A stretch of 64,000 bases of DNA from Vicugna vicugna (Eukaryota). Location of the stretch: the NCBI GenBank assembly GCA_013265495.1, contig MU058289.1:1857451-1921450 (forward strand), written 5' to 3'. Below are positions 14,052 through 24,719 of this stretch, one piece after another (the first letter of the stretch is position 1; each line of letters opens with the position of its first letter). The notes under the pieces were generated by a model. That model had not been told where the DNA came from. It saw nothing but the letters and a program-made list of their open reading frames with translations, and searched no databases. The translations under genes and the position numbers were made by a program.

Positions 14052-17000
14052 TCTCATTTTCATTTTTACTATCGTAAAAAATATTTGAGAATCTTTGTGC
14101 ACAGCTTCTTTTGAAATCAGTCTTCTACTTCTTCAAAACAAGAGTCCTAGTTGGATGCAAGGCTGGTGTCACCACACACAGGCAGATGGCTGCCTTCAGT
14201 GCAGGGTGGCTCAGCTCAGCAGACAGCTAAGAACCTCCCAGGACAGTGAGGCCCCTGGGGCTGGAAAGTGGGGAGGGGAGAGAAGGCAGACTAGAGGCTG
14301 TGTCTGAATGCACTTTGATGAATTCCCTTCCTGGGCTGGGCTTCCACCAGATTCCTCCACCAGGCCAGGGCATGGGAAGTAGGGGAGGCCCAGGGAATGG
14401 AAAACGAAGAATGTGAGTGATGGTGCTGCAGTCCTCTGAGCTGTGATGCAAGAGAAGTGTCAGGGGCCAGTTTGGCAGCTGCAGAGATGGTGCCAGCCAT
14501 GGTAAGTGCGGCCAAATCACCTTCCTTCTGGAACATGTCCAGGATCGGCGCTCCTGAGGCTGCACACTCACTACCTGTGCAGGGTGGTGGGGGCTTCTCC
14601 AGATACCTGGGGAAGAGAGAGAGCCTGAGCTCTGAGCCGGCAGGGGACCGAGGGAGCGAGGAAGCCAGCCAGCCTTCTGCAGTACCAGACCAGCTTGCAG
14701 GCGGTATCCATTTGCCCACCTCTGTGCTGCTCACAGCTGGCACCCCTAAAACCCAAAGGACCTGAATCTGCAACTCAGAGGGGAGGAAAAGGTTGTGAAG
14801 TGAAGCCAGCAGGAGAACAAAGGAGGCTTTGCTGGAAAGGGAGGCACCTTTGACTGAGGCCTCCAGGGCCTGGGGAAGTGACTCACAGGGCCCCCAGGAT
14901 GGACCCACCCATGGGCGCTCTGTGGACTAAGAATGCAGCCCAGCTGCCCAAGCACAGGCCCCGTGGGGTGGGGAAGGGGTTGTCAGTCTTCTGAGTTAGT
15001 TGGGTGGGGCCTCCCCCTCTGATGCCCTCCTCCCCTCCCTCAGGATCTGGTCTGCATCCAGCCTCAGGGCCTGGGGGTGGCCTATGCTTGCTGGTACTGC
15101 CAGGTGGGGCTGTGGCCATGGCTTCCGCTTCTGCTGCCAGGGCTGCAGGCATGGTCCCCTCTGCCCAGTCCTCACTCCCATTGGCCAGCAGGGGCCTGGG
15201 TCCCCCAACTCTCGGCAGAGCCACACTGCTGCTCTGCCAAAGACAGGCCGTCATTGCCACCCAAAAGGTGGCAGTTTTGGCATTTGGCTCTGTCGCAAGC
15301 TCCCTGGATGCCTGTGGTGAGAACTGGGAGAGCCCTGGCAGCGCACCCCGGCTTCTCCCGCAGTTGCACAATCTCCCCCAATTACTCTCCTTATACTGCG
15401 TGGCAACCAGGCGAGAATTCCAGGACCTTGTACATACTCGTACAGATCTGCCTTCCTGCTGTTTGGCTGCAGGGAGAGGCGGGTCTCTGCGGGCCCCGAG
15501 AAACGGGGGTGTGTTCGCGTCCAAGAGGGCGTGGCCCGCGTCCGGAGTGGGAGCCACCGCCACGCCCTGCCGGTGCAGACTGCCCCAAACCGCAGCTTCC
15601 TCAGGAGCCCTGGACTGGGTCCAGGACACAGAGGAGGAAGCTCTGGTGACATTCTAGACATGGGCTTCAAGCAGCAGGCTTGGCCCCGAGCAGCTCAAGC
15701 CTGTGGCAGGTGGCGCATCTCCTGCCCCATCCAGCCAGGGATGTGGAGACCTGTGTTCTCCTGGGGGCAGGGCGGCATCTTCCCAGGAGCTTGGCTTGGG
15801 CGTCCTGGCCACTCCTCCCCGGCCCTGCCCTTGCTCTTTGAAGACTTTGTCGTGGTTTGTGCTGTCTGTGTGAGGAGGTCCTGGGAGTAGGGCCCTGGAT
15901 GACCCAGCTATTGTCATCCCAGAGCCATGACTCTGGGTCAAGGAAGAGTATTGTCCGGCTCCACCACCAGGCCAAGAGATGGCTGTCAGGACTGGCTGTT
16001 CCGTGTAATGGAAATAAAGACAAAAATCCAAATGCAGCTGACCTCCAGCCCTCTCCTTTGTGTTTCCCCTCGGGAGTGTGCCTGCTTCTGTCCCTGGATC
16101 TCTCATTAGAATTTCAGAGAAGCCTTGTTTGCTACTGGAGGTGCCAGTGCTGAGCCTAGAAAGGATGTCAGCTCTGCTTGCAAATCAAAGTGTTTGGGGG
16201 TCATCTATGTACGAGGTCATGACAAAGTTGAAAACCATAATATGGAAAGTTCTCTCCCAGATAACTTTACAGAGCCTCGAGTAAACAATTCTTGTGGATA
16301 AACCAACATCCTCTCTTAGCCTATGTGCTGTCTTGTCCTCCAAGCTCGGTACTGGCTTGTATATGTGAGCTGTCAATCACTGGCACCCATGTGGTTGTTA
16401 GGAAGATGAGGATCTTTGCAGTAAGTGGGGACCCTTTTGCTGACCGAGGTCTCTGCAGCCACATTAGCCCACTCTTAAAGTCCAAGTTATATGACCCTAA
16501 AATAGCACAAATACTGTCCAAGATTTGAGGGGTAGGAGGGTGAGACTGGAAATACAGGGAGCCTCTTCCCATGAATAAACAATTACCAACAGGCAGCGAT
16601 GCCTGGATAGACATCCCTGGGAGTGGCCCCCACTCACCATGGGTCAGGCAGGTGCCTTGTTTGTCCAGCTCCAGGGCTTGGGGGAAGAGAGCTGCCACCT
16701 GGTGTTCCCAAACAAGACCAGCTGGTAGGGCAGGGGTGGGGTTGGGGAGGCTTCCCGGGAGCTGGGCTCTCCCTTCCACAGAAAGGTCTGAGAAATGCCC
16801 CTGGGCTTACTTAGGATGCAGAGGGCAGAGGCTGCAATCCAGGGAGAGTCCCTGGTTCCTTTTCTGACCCTCAGTCAACCCTCACTAGGTTGGGTTCCAT
16901 TTGGGTCACCTTAGAAAACTCTGAAGCTCCTGAGAGAATGTCACAGCTAGTCTTGCTCCTGGCAGGAAGCTGCCCTTAGCTGTCACCAATACCCTTTTTT

Positions 17001-17870
17001 TCTCTTGGTCCACAAAGAGCTACCTCATGAGCCTCAACCTCCAGGTGGGGCAAGGCATCTCTCTACGTGGCGCTGCCTCCTTTGGGTGGGGTCGAGGTGA
17101 GCAGAAAGAGGGCCAGCCACGTCCTCATCACATTTGAGACAAGTCCAGCATTATGCAGTGACTTTAAGCTTTGTGGCTAAACACTGCCCACCTTAAAATC
17201 AACAGAAGCCATGGCCGTCAAATTGTGGCATCACAGTTCCTACATTAGCCCAGATGTTAGGCTCAAGGCCAGAAGCTGTGCTCTCTGGCCAACAGTCCCT
17301 CCAGCTCTGTCTAGAACTCCCCATTGGCTTGAACCAAGTGCCCACCTTGAACTGAAAATCCCCTGGCAGCTCCTGTTTTGGTATGTTCCATCTTGTCATC
17401 TACTTAGAAGAAACTCCAAGCTTGTGTGTCCTTACAGTGTCCTCCAGGGCCATTGAAGCTGTTTTCCAGCTGCTGGAGAGTCAGGAGGGTGGACAGGGCC
17501 TGGTAGGATGGGGCCATTTGGTGCGCAGCATTCTCCAGAGAATGCAGGTCTGCCATCTTGCTCTTCCCTCGGTCAGGGGCTCAGTGGAGCCATTTCACAC
17601 ATCCATGCTGCTCTGCTTCTCAAATGTATTAGTGGTTTGGTTTATATATACAGATGCACAGAATGAATATAGTGCAAGAGGGCCCAACCCTCCATGGTGT
17701 CTCCTCACCTAGATCAGGAAGGTTTGGTATCTGGGACTTGGGCTACTCAAGGTCCTATTCAGTGGTCAAGCCAAGTCCCAGGGGTGAGGAGTGGTGGCTC
17801 CAGAGTCATCCAAGCCAGAGTACCTTCTTGTGGCTGCCTTGGCGGATTAGAAACAAAGTGCTAGAGTTGG

Positions 17871-20689
17871 GTGTATAATTTATAAAATATTCTTTATTTA
17901 TGCTATGGAACACAGTCAAGTGGTAACTTTAAAAAAAAAACACTTTTTAAAAGATATTAGTGTGGTGACCCGGCTTTGAGCCCCGTGTGAGGACAGTGGC
18001 TGAAGCCATTTGCTTTGGCTTTGCCAAGGTCTCTCCTGCGCTGGGCGAGGTCTGGTGGGAAAGAGAGAAGTGTTGGCGCAGCTACCCTTCCACTTGCTTA
18101 GAACCAAGAATAACTTACGAAGAGCAGAGTAACGTTTATACTGCTGGTATCTGATCAAAAGATTACTTACAATACAGTATATTCATTCCAGGATGTATAA
18201 AAATGTTTGTACGTACTGTTTATGGGGACTACCCTAGAATTTTAGCTTTACTATGGGAACATGGTATTTCTTTACAAATTTAGAAATTCTCTAGTTTATG
18301 TAGAAATCATACTTCCTGATTTTACTTAATTAGTAAAGAAATAATTAAGAGTAACATTCAGTAAGGTACTCTTTTTTTTTTTCTTAAGCACAATGGTTGA
18401 ATCAAAAAAGATAGTTTGCTTGAAAACGTTAGGGAGGCTCCACCAATCGGCAACCGCGCTGGCTGTCATAGTAGAAAAATCCATAAACCCATGAGGCACT
18501 GAGCTGTTTTCACAAGACTTCCCTTCTCATCAACACAACCCTTTCTCCTCCTCTCAGATGTGAACCTCAGATGCCCAAATACCCGTGTGCAAGCTGTAGG
18601 CGTGTTGCTGAGCACAGAAGGCTGGCAAGTCTGTCCAGCAAATTCAAGAGTATGATGGGATGGTGTCTGCTTTGGGGCCTCGAGGCTATGCTCTGGTCCT
18701 CTGGGCAGGTGGAAGTGGCCCTTACCAGCGCCGGAAAGCATCCCCATCAGAGCATAAGGACTTTCAAGAAAAATACAAAAAAGGCTGATTAAAATTGGAG
18801 GCCTACGTGAGTATGTACAAACTCCTTCCCTTGGAATGAGCCGCACTGAGGTCTTGTGCTGGGCTTGGGTGGGTTACAGGTCCCCTGGCTGGCCTGAGCC
18901 CTGGACTGCGACCTCCTCCTCCTGCTCCGTGGGCTCTAAAGAGGACCTCATCCTCCACCAAAAACCAGAGAAAGGGAAAGTCACAAACATTGAGGACTGG
19001 GTTCAAAAGCCCCTGGACACCTTCCGTCTGCCTTTCCCCAGCCTGCATCTGGTTAGGGGCCATGAAGCAGAATTCAGAATCTGTGCTGCCCAGAGGGGAC
19101 AGTCACAAAGGTAAGGAAACACCCAAAGGCAATAAATAACAGCAAGCTCGGGACCCTCACCCCTGCCTCTCCCCCAGCTACCACTGCAGGTTCTTCCCTC
19201 ATTTGAGCGGGAGGAACCGAGGGAGGAATCCCACCCCAAACCTCCCTGCACAGCACCGAACGCTGGGACCTGGCTGCCGCTTCTGCACAGGATGGAGCCT
19301 CAGTCTTTCGCTTTATAGCATCATTTATGGCATGAACTAGGAACATGATGTGTTTACACAAACACACGACAATTGTACATCGGCATCTTTACAATATTAA
19401 AGGAGTCATATACAAGTCTACAGGCATCGTACATGGGGCAATGCCGGCCAGGTTGCCCCACCCGCCCAGCAGTTCTCTGTGGTTTCTCCACCCCAGGGAA
19501 AGAGCCATCGCAAGAGGGGAAGTGTGGCAAGGCAGGGGGTATCCATCTTTGGGCCTGTCTTCTAGGAGGCAGCAGGTCTGCGGGGACCTCCCTGGGACAG
19601 TCCTCATTGGAATCCGGGTCAAGAGCCCAAGGTGTGACTGTGTCTGGGTCTTACTGGCAGGTTGGGTAACAACAGTTTAATTAAAATTCAGTGTGCATGA
19701 GTGTGGGAAAATCAGAACTGGGGACGGCTTCCTGAGCTGGGGACCCAGAGGATGCTGACAGATGGGCCCCTTCACCATGGGACCCATTCCTGAGGTAAGG
19801 ATGCGGTGTGGCCCCATGGCTGGTCCCCATGGGGAGAGACTCCTCTGGGAGCCCAGGTGTGAGTACATACAGATAGGAATCTAAGATCCCTGGGCATTAG
19901 TAGGTCAGGTAACTCACAAGTGTGGCCCGTGCCCCAGGCGGCAGCAAAAGTAGGGTCTCCAATGGTTCCAGAGCCATCCATCCCCCACGCCAGCACCACC
20001 TCACTCCCTGCAGCCCCACCCCCCATGGGGGCCCAGCTTTAGCCCCTATGGCACTGCCATCCCTGCACCTGCACCTAGAGCAGGGACCAGAAGTCTCCAA
20101 GCCCCGCTCTGCAGGCACCTGGGCCCAAGTGCCCGGCAGCTCTGCCACCCATGCAGACATGCTGCGTGTCCAATTGAGCTGAGCACCAGATAAAGAAGCA
20201 TTGGTCCTTGTCAGCCTCTCTCACTTGCGCACTTAGTTACTTCTGCCTTAAATACTGTAGAAAAATAAGCCATCTCTGACGCAAGGAGACCCAGTAGAGT
20301 CTGCGCACGTGCAGAAGGATGGGCGGCTCCTCTGGAGTGGGCCGGGGGGTCTTCTGCTGACCTTGCCTCGGCAGGCGTGGAGCCTCGAGGATGCTGCACC
20401 AAGCTGGGGAGCCGAGGGGCCCGGGCCACTGGTGGCAGAGTTCCCACCTCGGCATCTTTGGGCCACATCAACAGTCCTTCAGTGGGCATGCCTCCAGCAT
20501 CCCACGTTCTGTTGCCATGACACACCTAGGGCCCTGGGGCTCTCTGGGCAGGCACTGAACCCTCCAGCCCCACCCTCAGTCTCACGCCCACCGCTAAGCA
20601 GGCATAGGCAGAACTCCCCAGCACTGTTTCCAGGTCCCTGGGGCGTGTCCCCAGGGCCAAGGGGCCTCAGGTGGGCACTGAGGCAGGGC
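17871..20689 (-). other. KCTD15: KCTD15 3' UTR (~2.8 kb)
   Basis: Non-repetitive sequence between the stop codon and a canonical poly(A) signal, with an AU-rich distal segment. Confidence 0.75.
17893..17898 (-). terminator. KCTD15 distal polyadenylation signal AATAAA
   Basis: Minus strand AATAAAGAATATTTTATAAATTATACA, followed by a U/GU-rich element (CTTTGTTTCT). Confidence 0.8.
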
Positions 20690-20848
20690 CTAGTCCAGGG
20701 GCTCCTGCTTTATTCGGACAGCAGTCGGGGTGGGCTGCGGCCGCCGCTCCTCCCGGCAAAGCACATACTCGCTGAACTGGGAGGAGTCCACACCACCCCC
20801 GCAGGATGCCGCCACGATGAAACCCCTCTGGAACAGCCTCTCCAGGAC
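20690..20848 (-). CDS. KCTD15: KCTD15 last coding exon ([30 protein letters not shown]...RIKQEPLD*)
   Basis: 159 nt. Acceptor tttcttctccggcag, TAG at 20692-20690. Exons sum to 852 nt = 283 aa + stop. Ends in the IKQE SUMO consensus. This frame is missing from the ORF track. Confidence 0.96.
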   Translation of the reverse strand, partial: VLERLFQRGFIVAASCGGGVDSSQFSEYVLCREERRPQPTPTAVRIKQEPLD

Positions 20849-21782
20849 CTGCCGGAGAAGAAACAAGGGTCAGCAATGCCCCGCTGCAAGAGTCTGCCTG
20901 GCTTAGTCTGGTGGGCAGGTGGGTACTAGCCTCGACGAGCTGCCTTCTCCTGTTAAAATCTGTCTTGCTTACTGACAGAGGTCCCAGCAGAGCCACGAGT
21001 TGGCCGCTGCTGAAGGGACAGAAGCAGCCAGACCCTGGGGCCCCTCAAGTGACCAGACCTGGATGGGTGACCACTCTGCTGCCCTCAGGGGTCCACAGCC
21101 TTGATGCAAGAAGGCAGAGAGCACCTTTGGGCCCCTCCTGTTTTCTGGTGTAACCTGTCCCTCTCTCCAGATGCACGGTCCCAGGCCCCCCTCCCTCACT
21201 GAGGCCCCCGTAATAGAGACCCTGCCCCCAGCCTTGGGGCAGCCACCTGCTTCCCTGAGCTGTGAGTCCCAGATGGTTTGAGGCCTGGGGGCCCATCAGC
21301 TCGAGGGAGCTCAGCGTGGAGAGGAGTCCTTCTCTCTGAGTCTCTGCAGGTCTCCATGTCCATGTGGGTTTGTGCCTCTGTGAGGGTGGGGTCTGGTCAC
21401 TGTGTCTGACACCGTGTCCTGCAACTGGCAAGTTCTGGTGGACAGCCTGCGGAATCTGTGCACGGGGAAACTTTTCCCACAAAGTTTACTCTGGCCCAAG
21501 CCTGAAATAGGAGTCTGCTCTTAGGTCTAGGAGAGCAGGTGGAAGATGGGTCTCCATGCCATCTGGGGCTTCCCGACTCAGACCCATCTGGGGAAGGCCA
21601 GTCCAGAAACGCTCTGGCAGCTGTTTGGGTGAGAGTAGCCCCAGGTCAGCACAATGAGGAAAGGCCACCTCTATTCTCAGCCTCTGACCTGCCGCTCCTA
21701 CTGCTTGGGTTTAATTTGAATCCAAAGTCAGACTCTGGGTGTCAAATGAAGCACACTTTGTTAAAAAGACTCCAGGCCATTT

Positions 21783-21794
21783 TTACAGAACATC
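21783..21794 (-). CDS. KCTD15: KCTD15 alternative terminal exon, coding part (Asp-Val-Leu-stop; 234-aa isoform)
   Basis: Minus strand reads ctgtgc(t)10ccaaaag|GAT GTT CTG TAA, 212 nt after the exon-4 donor. 231+3 = 234 aa, the length I recall for the short human isoform. Confidence 0.75.
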   Translation of the reverse strand, partial: DVL

Positions 21795-22006
21795 CTTTTG
21801 GAAAAAAAAAAGCACAGATCAATTTTTTTAAGTCCATCCCCCAGGCGCCATCATTTAATTATGAGCAGGACATAAATTATGCATCGACACATTGTTGCCT
21901 TTTCTGTAAGATGGCACAGAGGGCCTCGCCATTTCAGGGACGGGGCCTCTCCCTCCAACTCCCTCTGCTGCCCCAGGGGTTCGGGGAGGCAGGGGCGGGC
22001 CCTCAC

Positions 22007-22312
22007 CTGCACCGAGTTGAGCCGGCAGTAGCCGTTGAGCGGGAAGCGGATGACATGCGTGGGGTCCTGGTTCCAGCCGGCGTTGACCGAGTTGCACATG
22101 ACGTCCCCGGTCTCGGGGAAGACCTCCTCGATGAGGGCCTTCTCGCCGCTGAGCGCGATCCGCTCACCCAGGTCCGGCGTGACGCGCACCACCAGGCAGT
22201 CGCAGGCCCGGCTGCGGCGCCGCTGCTCCTGCTCCTGCTGCCAGCGCTCCAGCTCGCGCACCATGGGCTGCAGCTGGTAGTACCGCGCCTCCTCGTACAG
22301 CAGGCTGAAGTC
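22007..22312 (-). CDS. KCTD15: KCTD15 coding exon 4 ([14 protein letters not shown]...GYCRLNSVQ)
   Basis: 306 nt. Acceptor gcccgcag, donor CAG|gtgagg. Covers the end of the BTB domain and the start of the C-terminal domain. Confidence 0.97.
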
Positions 22313-22409
22313 CTGCGGGCATGCGCAGACGGGTGCGGGGCGTGGGGGTCTGCCCTGCAAACTCCGCCCCCATCACAATTCCACTGGGACGGCAATCCCC
22401 CGCCACCCC

Positions 22410-22410
<1 letters not shown>

Positions 22411-22450
<40 letters not shown>
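22411..22450. repeat. (AC)~20 microsatellite in a KCTD15 intron
   Basis: Perfect dinucleotide run. Confidence 0.95.
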
Positions 22451-22452
<2 letters not shown>

Positions 22453-24475
22453 CCACTGTACCAATGGAAAAAATAAGGCTCTTGTGAAGGCGTGCAAACT
22501 CAAGGAGTCTCGCCTTCCTAGGGCAGTGGCTGGTATGCACCTGTGCCAGACCCCCTGAGCCCTTCCATCTGGACCCAAGCAATGGAGGGTTGCTTCATCC
22601 CCCTGAAGCAGGGAGAAGCTTCTGGAAAAGCTGGGAGGCTAGACTGGAGGAGCTGCAGGCTGTGTCTTTTCCTAGGGACCTGCTGCTTTCTGAGAGGAGA
22701 AGCTGGGCTGGGCAAAGGGCAGCCCTGTCCTCACCCACCCTGGAGGAGCTCACTATCCAGCAGGGAGGCAAAATAGACTTTTTTTTTGCCGGGGTTGGAC
22801 TTTCGACACCATTATTTGAGACCTTTTCTGAGCCTCAGTTTCCTCGTCTATAAAATGGATGGAAACAACCAGCTCAGAGATGGGGTGAGGCTTAAAGGAC
22901 AAGAAGATGGGCCCCTGCCCTAGCAGACAGTGTGAGGGGGTGTCTGGGGGGACACCCACCTCTCACCAGCAGCCCAGTCCTGGGCTGGCGGGCTCACACT
23001 AACCATCCCTCAGGCCCTGATATCAGCCCTCCGCCCCGGTCAAACACAGGTCCACCCACACTGCCCCAGCTCTGGGTAGCCGAGAACCCATGATTTACGC
23101 CATTCAGCTCAAGTCCAGCTGGTGAGCCTGAGGACCCCCGGGGAGAAGCAAGAAACCCTCAAAGAAGGCCCACCCCTCTGGCCCTAAGTCCTGCCGCCTG
23201 CTGACTGACCCTAGCCTTTGGGGCCACCCCTAGGGAAGCCTCCTTGGACCCAAGGACCCATCCGTCCCTCCACATGGGTTCCTCAGGGCCCCATGCTGGG
23301 CCTCTGCTCTCATCCACTCGAAATTTTAAATATCTGCAAACCAGCAACCCCTACGTCTTTCCTCATAGTCCAGAACATTCCCCCGGAGGCTCCACCAGCT
23401 CTTCCACACAGGAATGGGATGCCACACTCCCCTCAGCCTGTCCTACCCTGGGCCCCTACACAACCACTCAGGACTCAAGCTACAGCTGGAGGCACCCTCG
23501 AGAGCCCCTGATCCCTGCCATCCACACACATGGCTTTTGCATCCTTTTCCTGAACATGAGTCTAATCGTCTGCAGATCTGATGGTCATTCCCCTGCTCAC
23601 CATCCTTCCACTGCATTCAGGGTAAAATACCAAATGTGGAGCCGGCCGCCAAGGACATTGAACAGCAGCCTTCCTTCCTGCTCTTCCCTTCCCGGTTCAT
23701 AAGGCCCCAGGCGGACACCTCCAGTTGTGGAATGTACAAGTGCTGTCCCCACTTCCCACCCGCCAAAGCCTTCACACTTGTTTGTCCCTGATCCTCCATC
23801 ACTACCCGGAGACACATCTTTCCTCCAAACCCCCCAGGGCCAGGTTCCTCGTGGGTCACTCTCACAGAACCCTCTGCCTCTCTGAAGCGTTTGTCCCTGT
23901 GGGAGTCAAGTGTTTTTTGGTTCAATATCTATCTTCCTACTGGACTGTAACCATGATGGGGACAGGACCCCCTTCTGCCTCGTGTTTCATCTCATGTTCA
24001 GCCTGATTTCAGTTGCTGGCACCCAGTAACTGAACTGAATGAAAGATAAAACAGCCCCAAGGCCATTGGGTCCTCTGTGTGCCAGAAGGAAGGACATTTG
24101 CTGGTTGGAGCTGGGGTAGCCTGGGCCTGGGATTCCTGCTTCCTGGCTCCCTGTGTCGTGAGGGGCCCAGTACCAAGGCAGGACTCTAGGAAGCATGTCC
24201 ACTGGCCCCATCCAGGTTCGCCCGGAGACCTGGGGGGAACCTTGTTTAAGGGTGTTTGGTTTGGATCAGGGTTTTCCCCCTGCAAAGTGCCAAAAAGGAA
24301 AATTTGGGAACCTCTAACTCCAGCCCTTCAACACAACAAACATGAAACTGGGGTGAGCGCCACTGCCACTGCTTAATTGTTGTTACACTCTGATAAATAA
24401 GCTAAAAATGTGAGAAAACAAAATTAGTTTAGAAAAACTGATTTAGCCCTTGGCTTCATCGTTTAAGTTTTTACG

Positions 24476-24489
24476 GTTGCCATGACAAC
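24476..24489. promoter_or_regulatory. RFX X-box motif GTTGCCATGACAAC
   Basis: 13/14 match to GTTGCCATGGCAAC, inside a 20-bp near-palindrome. Motif only, binding not shown. Confidence 0.6.
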
Positions 24490-24574
24490 CGTGGGTCCAT
24501 TTATTAAGTCACAGCGTCCCCTGTGTAATGCCATCGCACAGGCAGCGCAGGCGAGCCGCCGGCTGCGGACTTAC

Positions 24575-24719
24575 CTTGAAGTCATCCGGGAGCAGCAGTT
24601 TCGACGTCCTCAGGAAGCTCAGGACATAGCGGAAAATCTCCCCATCCCGGTCGATGAAATAATGTTGCTTCAAACTGTCCAGGACGATGGGCTCGGTGCC
24701 GTTGAAGAGGCGGCTTATT
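24575..24719 (-). CDS. KCTD15: KCTD15 coding exon 3 ([48 protein letters not shown])
   Basis: 145 nt. Acceptor tctcccag, donor AAG|gtaagt. Carries the BTB motif YFIDRDG. Phase fits the flanking exons. Confidence 0.97.

Noticed and set aside
14291..15670. Overlapping 200-250 aa ORFs and exon-like units (e.g. 14575-14606 on the minus strand)
   Set aside because: Open in several frames on both strands, with no recognisable protein and no coherent exon chain. TBLASTN or RNA-seq would be needed to reopen this.
16235..16505. CArG box (CCATAATATGG) and MEF2 site (CTAAAATAG)
   Set aside because: Each is one base off the required spacing.
18173..20260. miRNA seed matches in the KCTD15 3' UTR (miR-144 8mer at 18173-18180; miR-133 and miR-200-type 7mers near 20201-20260)
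   Set aside because: 7-8 nt matches are expected by chance in 2.8 kb and cannot be supported without conservation data.
21851..22006. Read-through extension of KCTD15 exon 4 ([10 protein letters not shown]...)
   Set aside because: Intron sequence after a strong donor, with no evidence of retention.
21539..22558. 339-aa plus-strand ORF
   Set aside because: Antisense shadow of GC-rich KCTD15 exon 4. It runs through the (AC)n repeat and has no recognisable domain.
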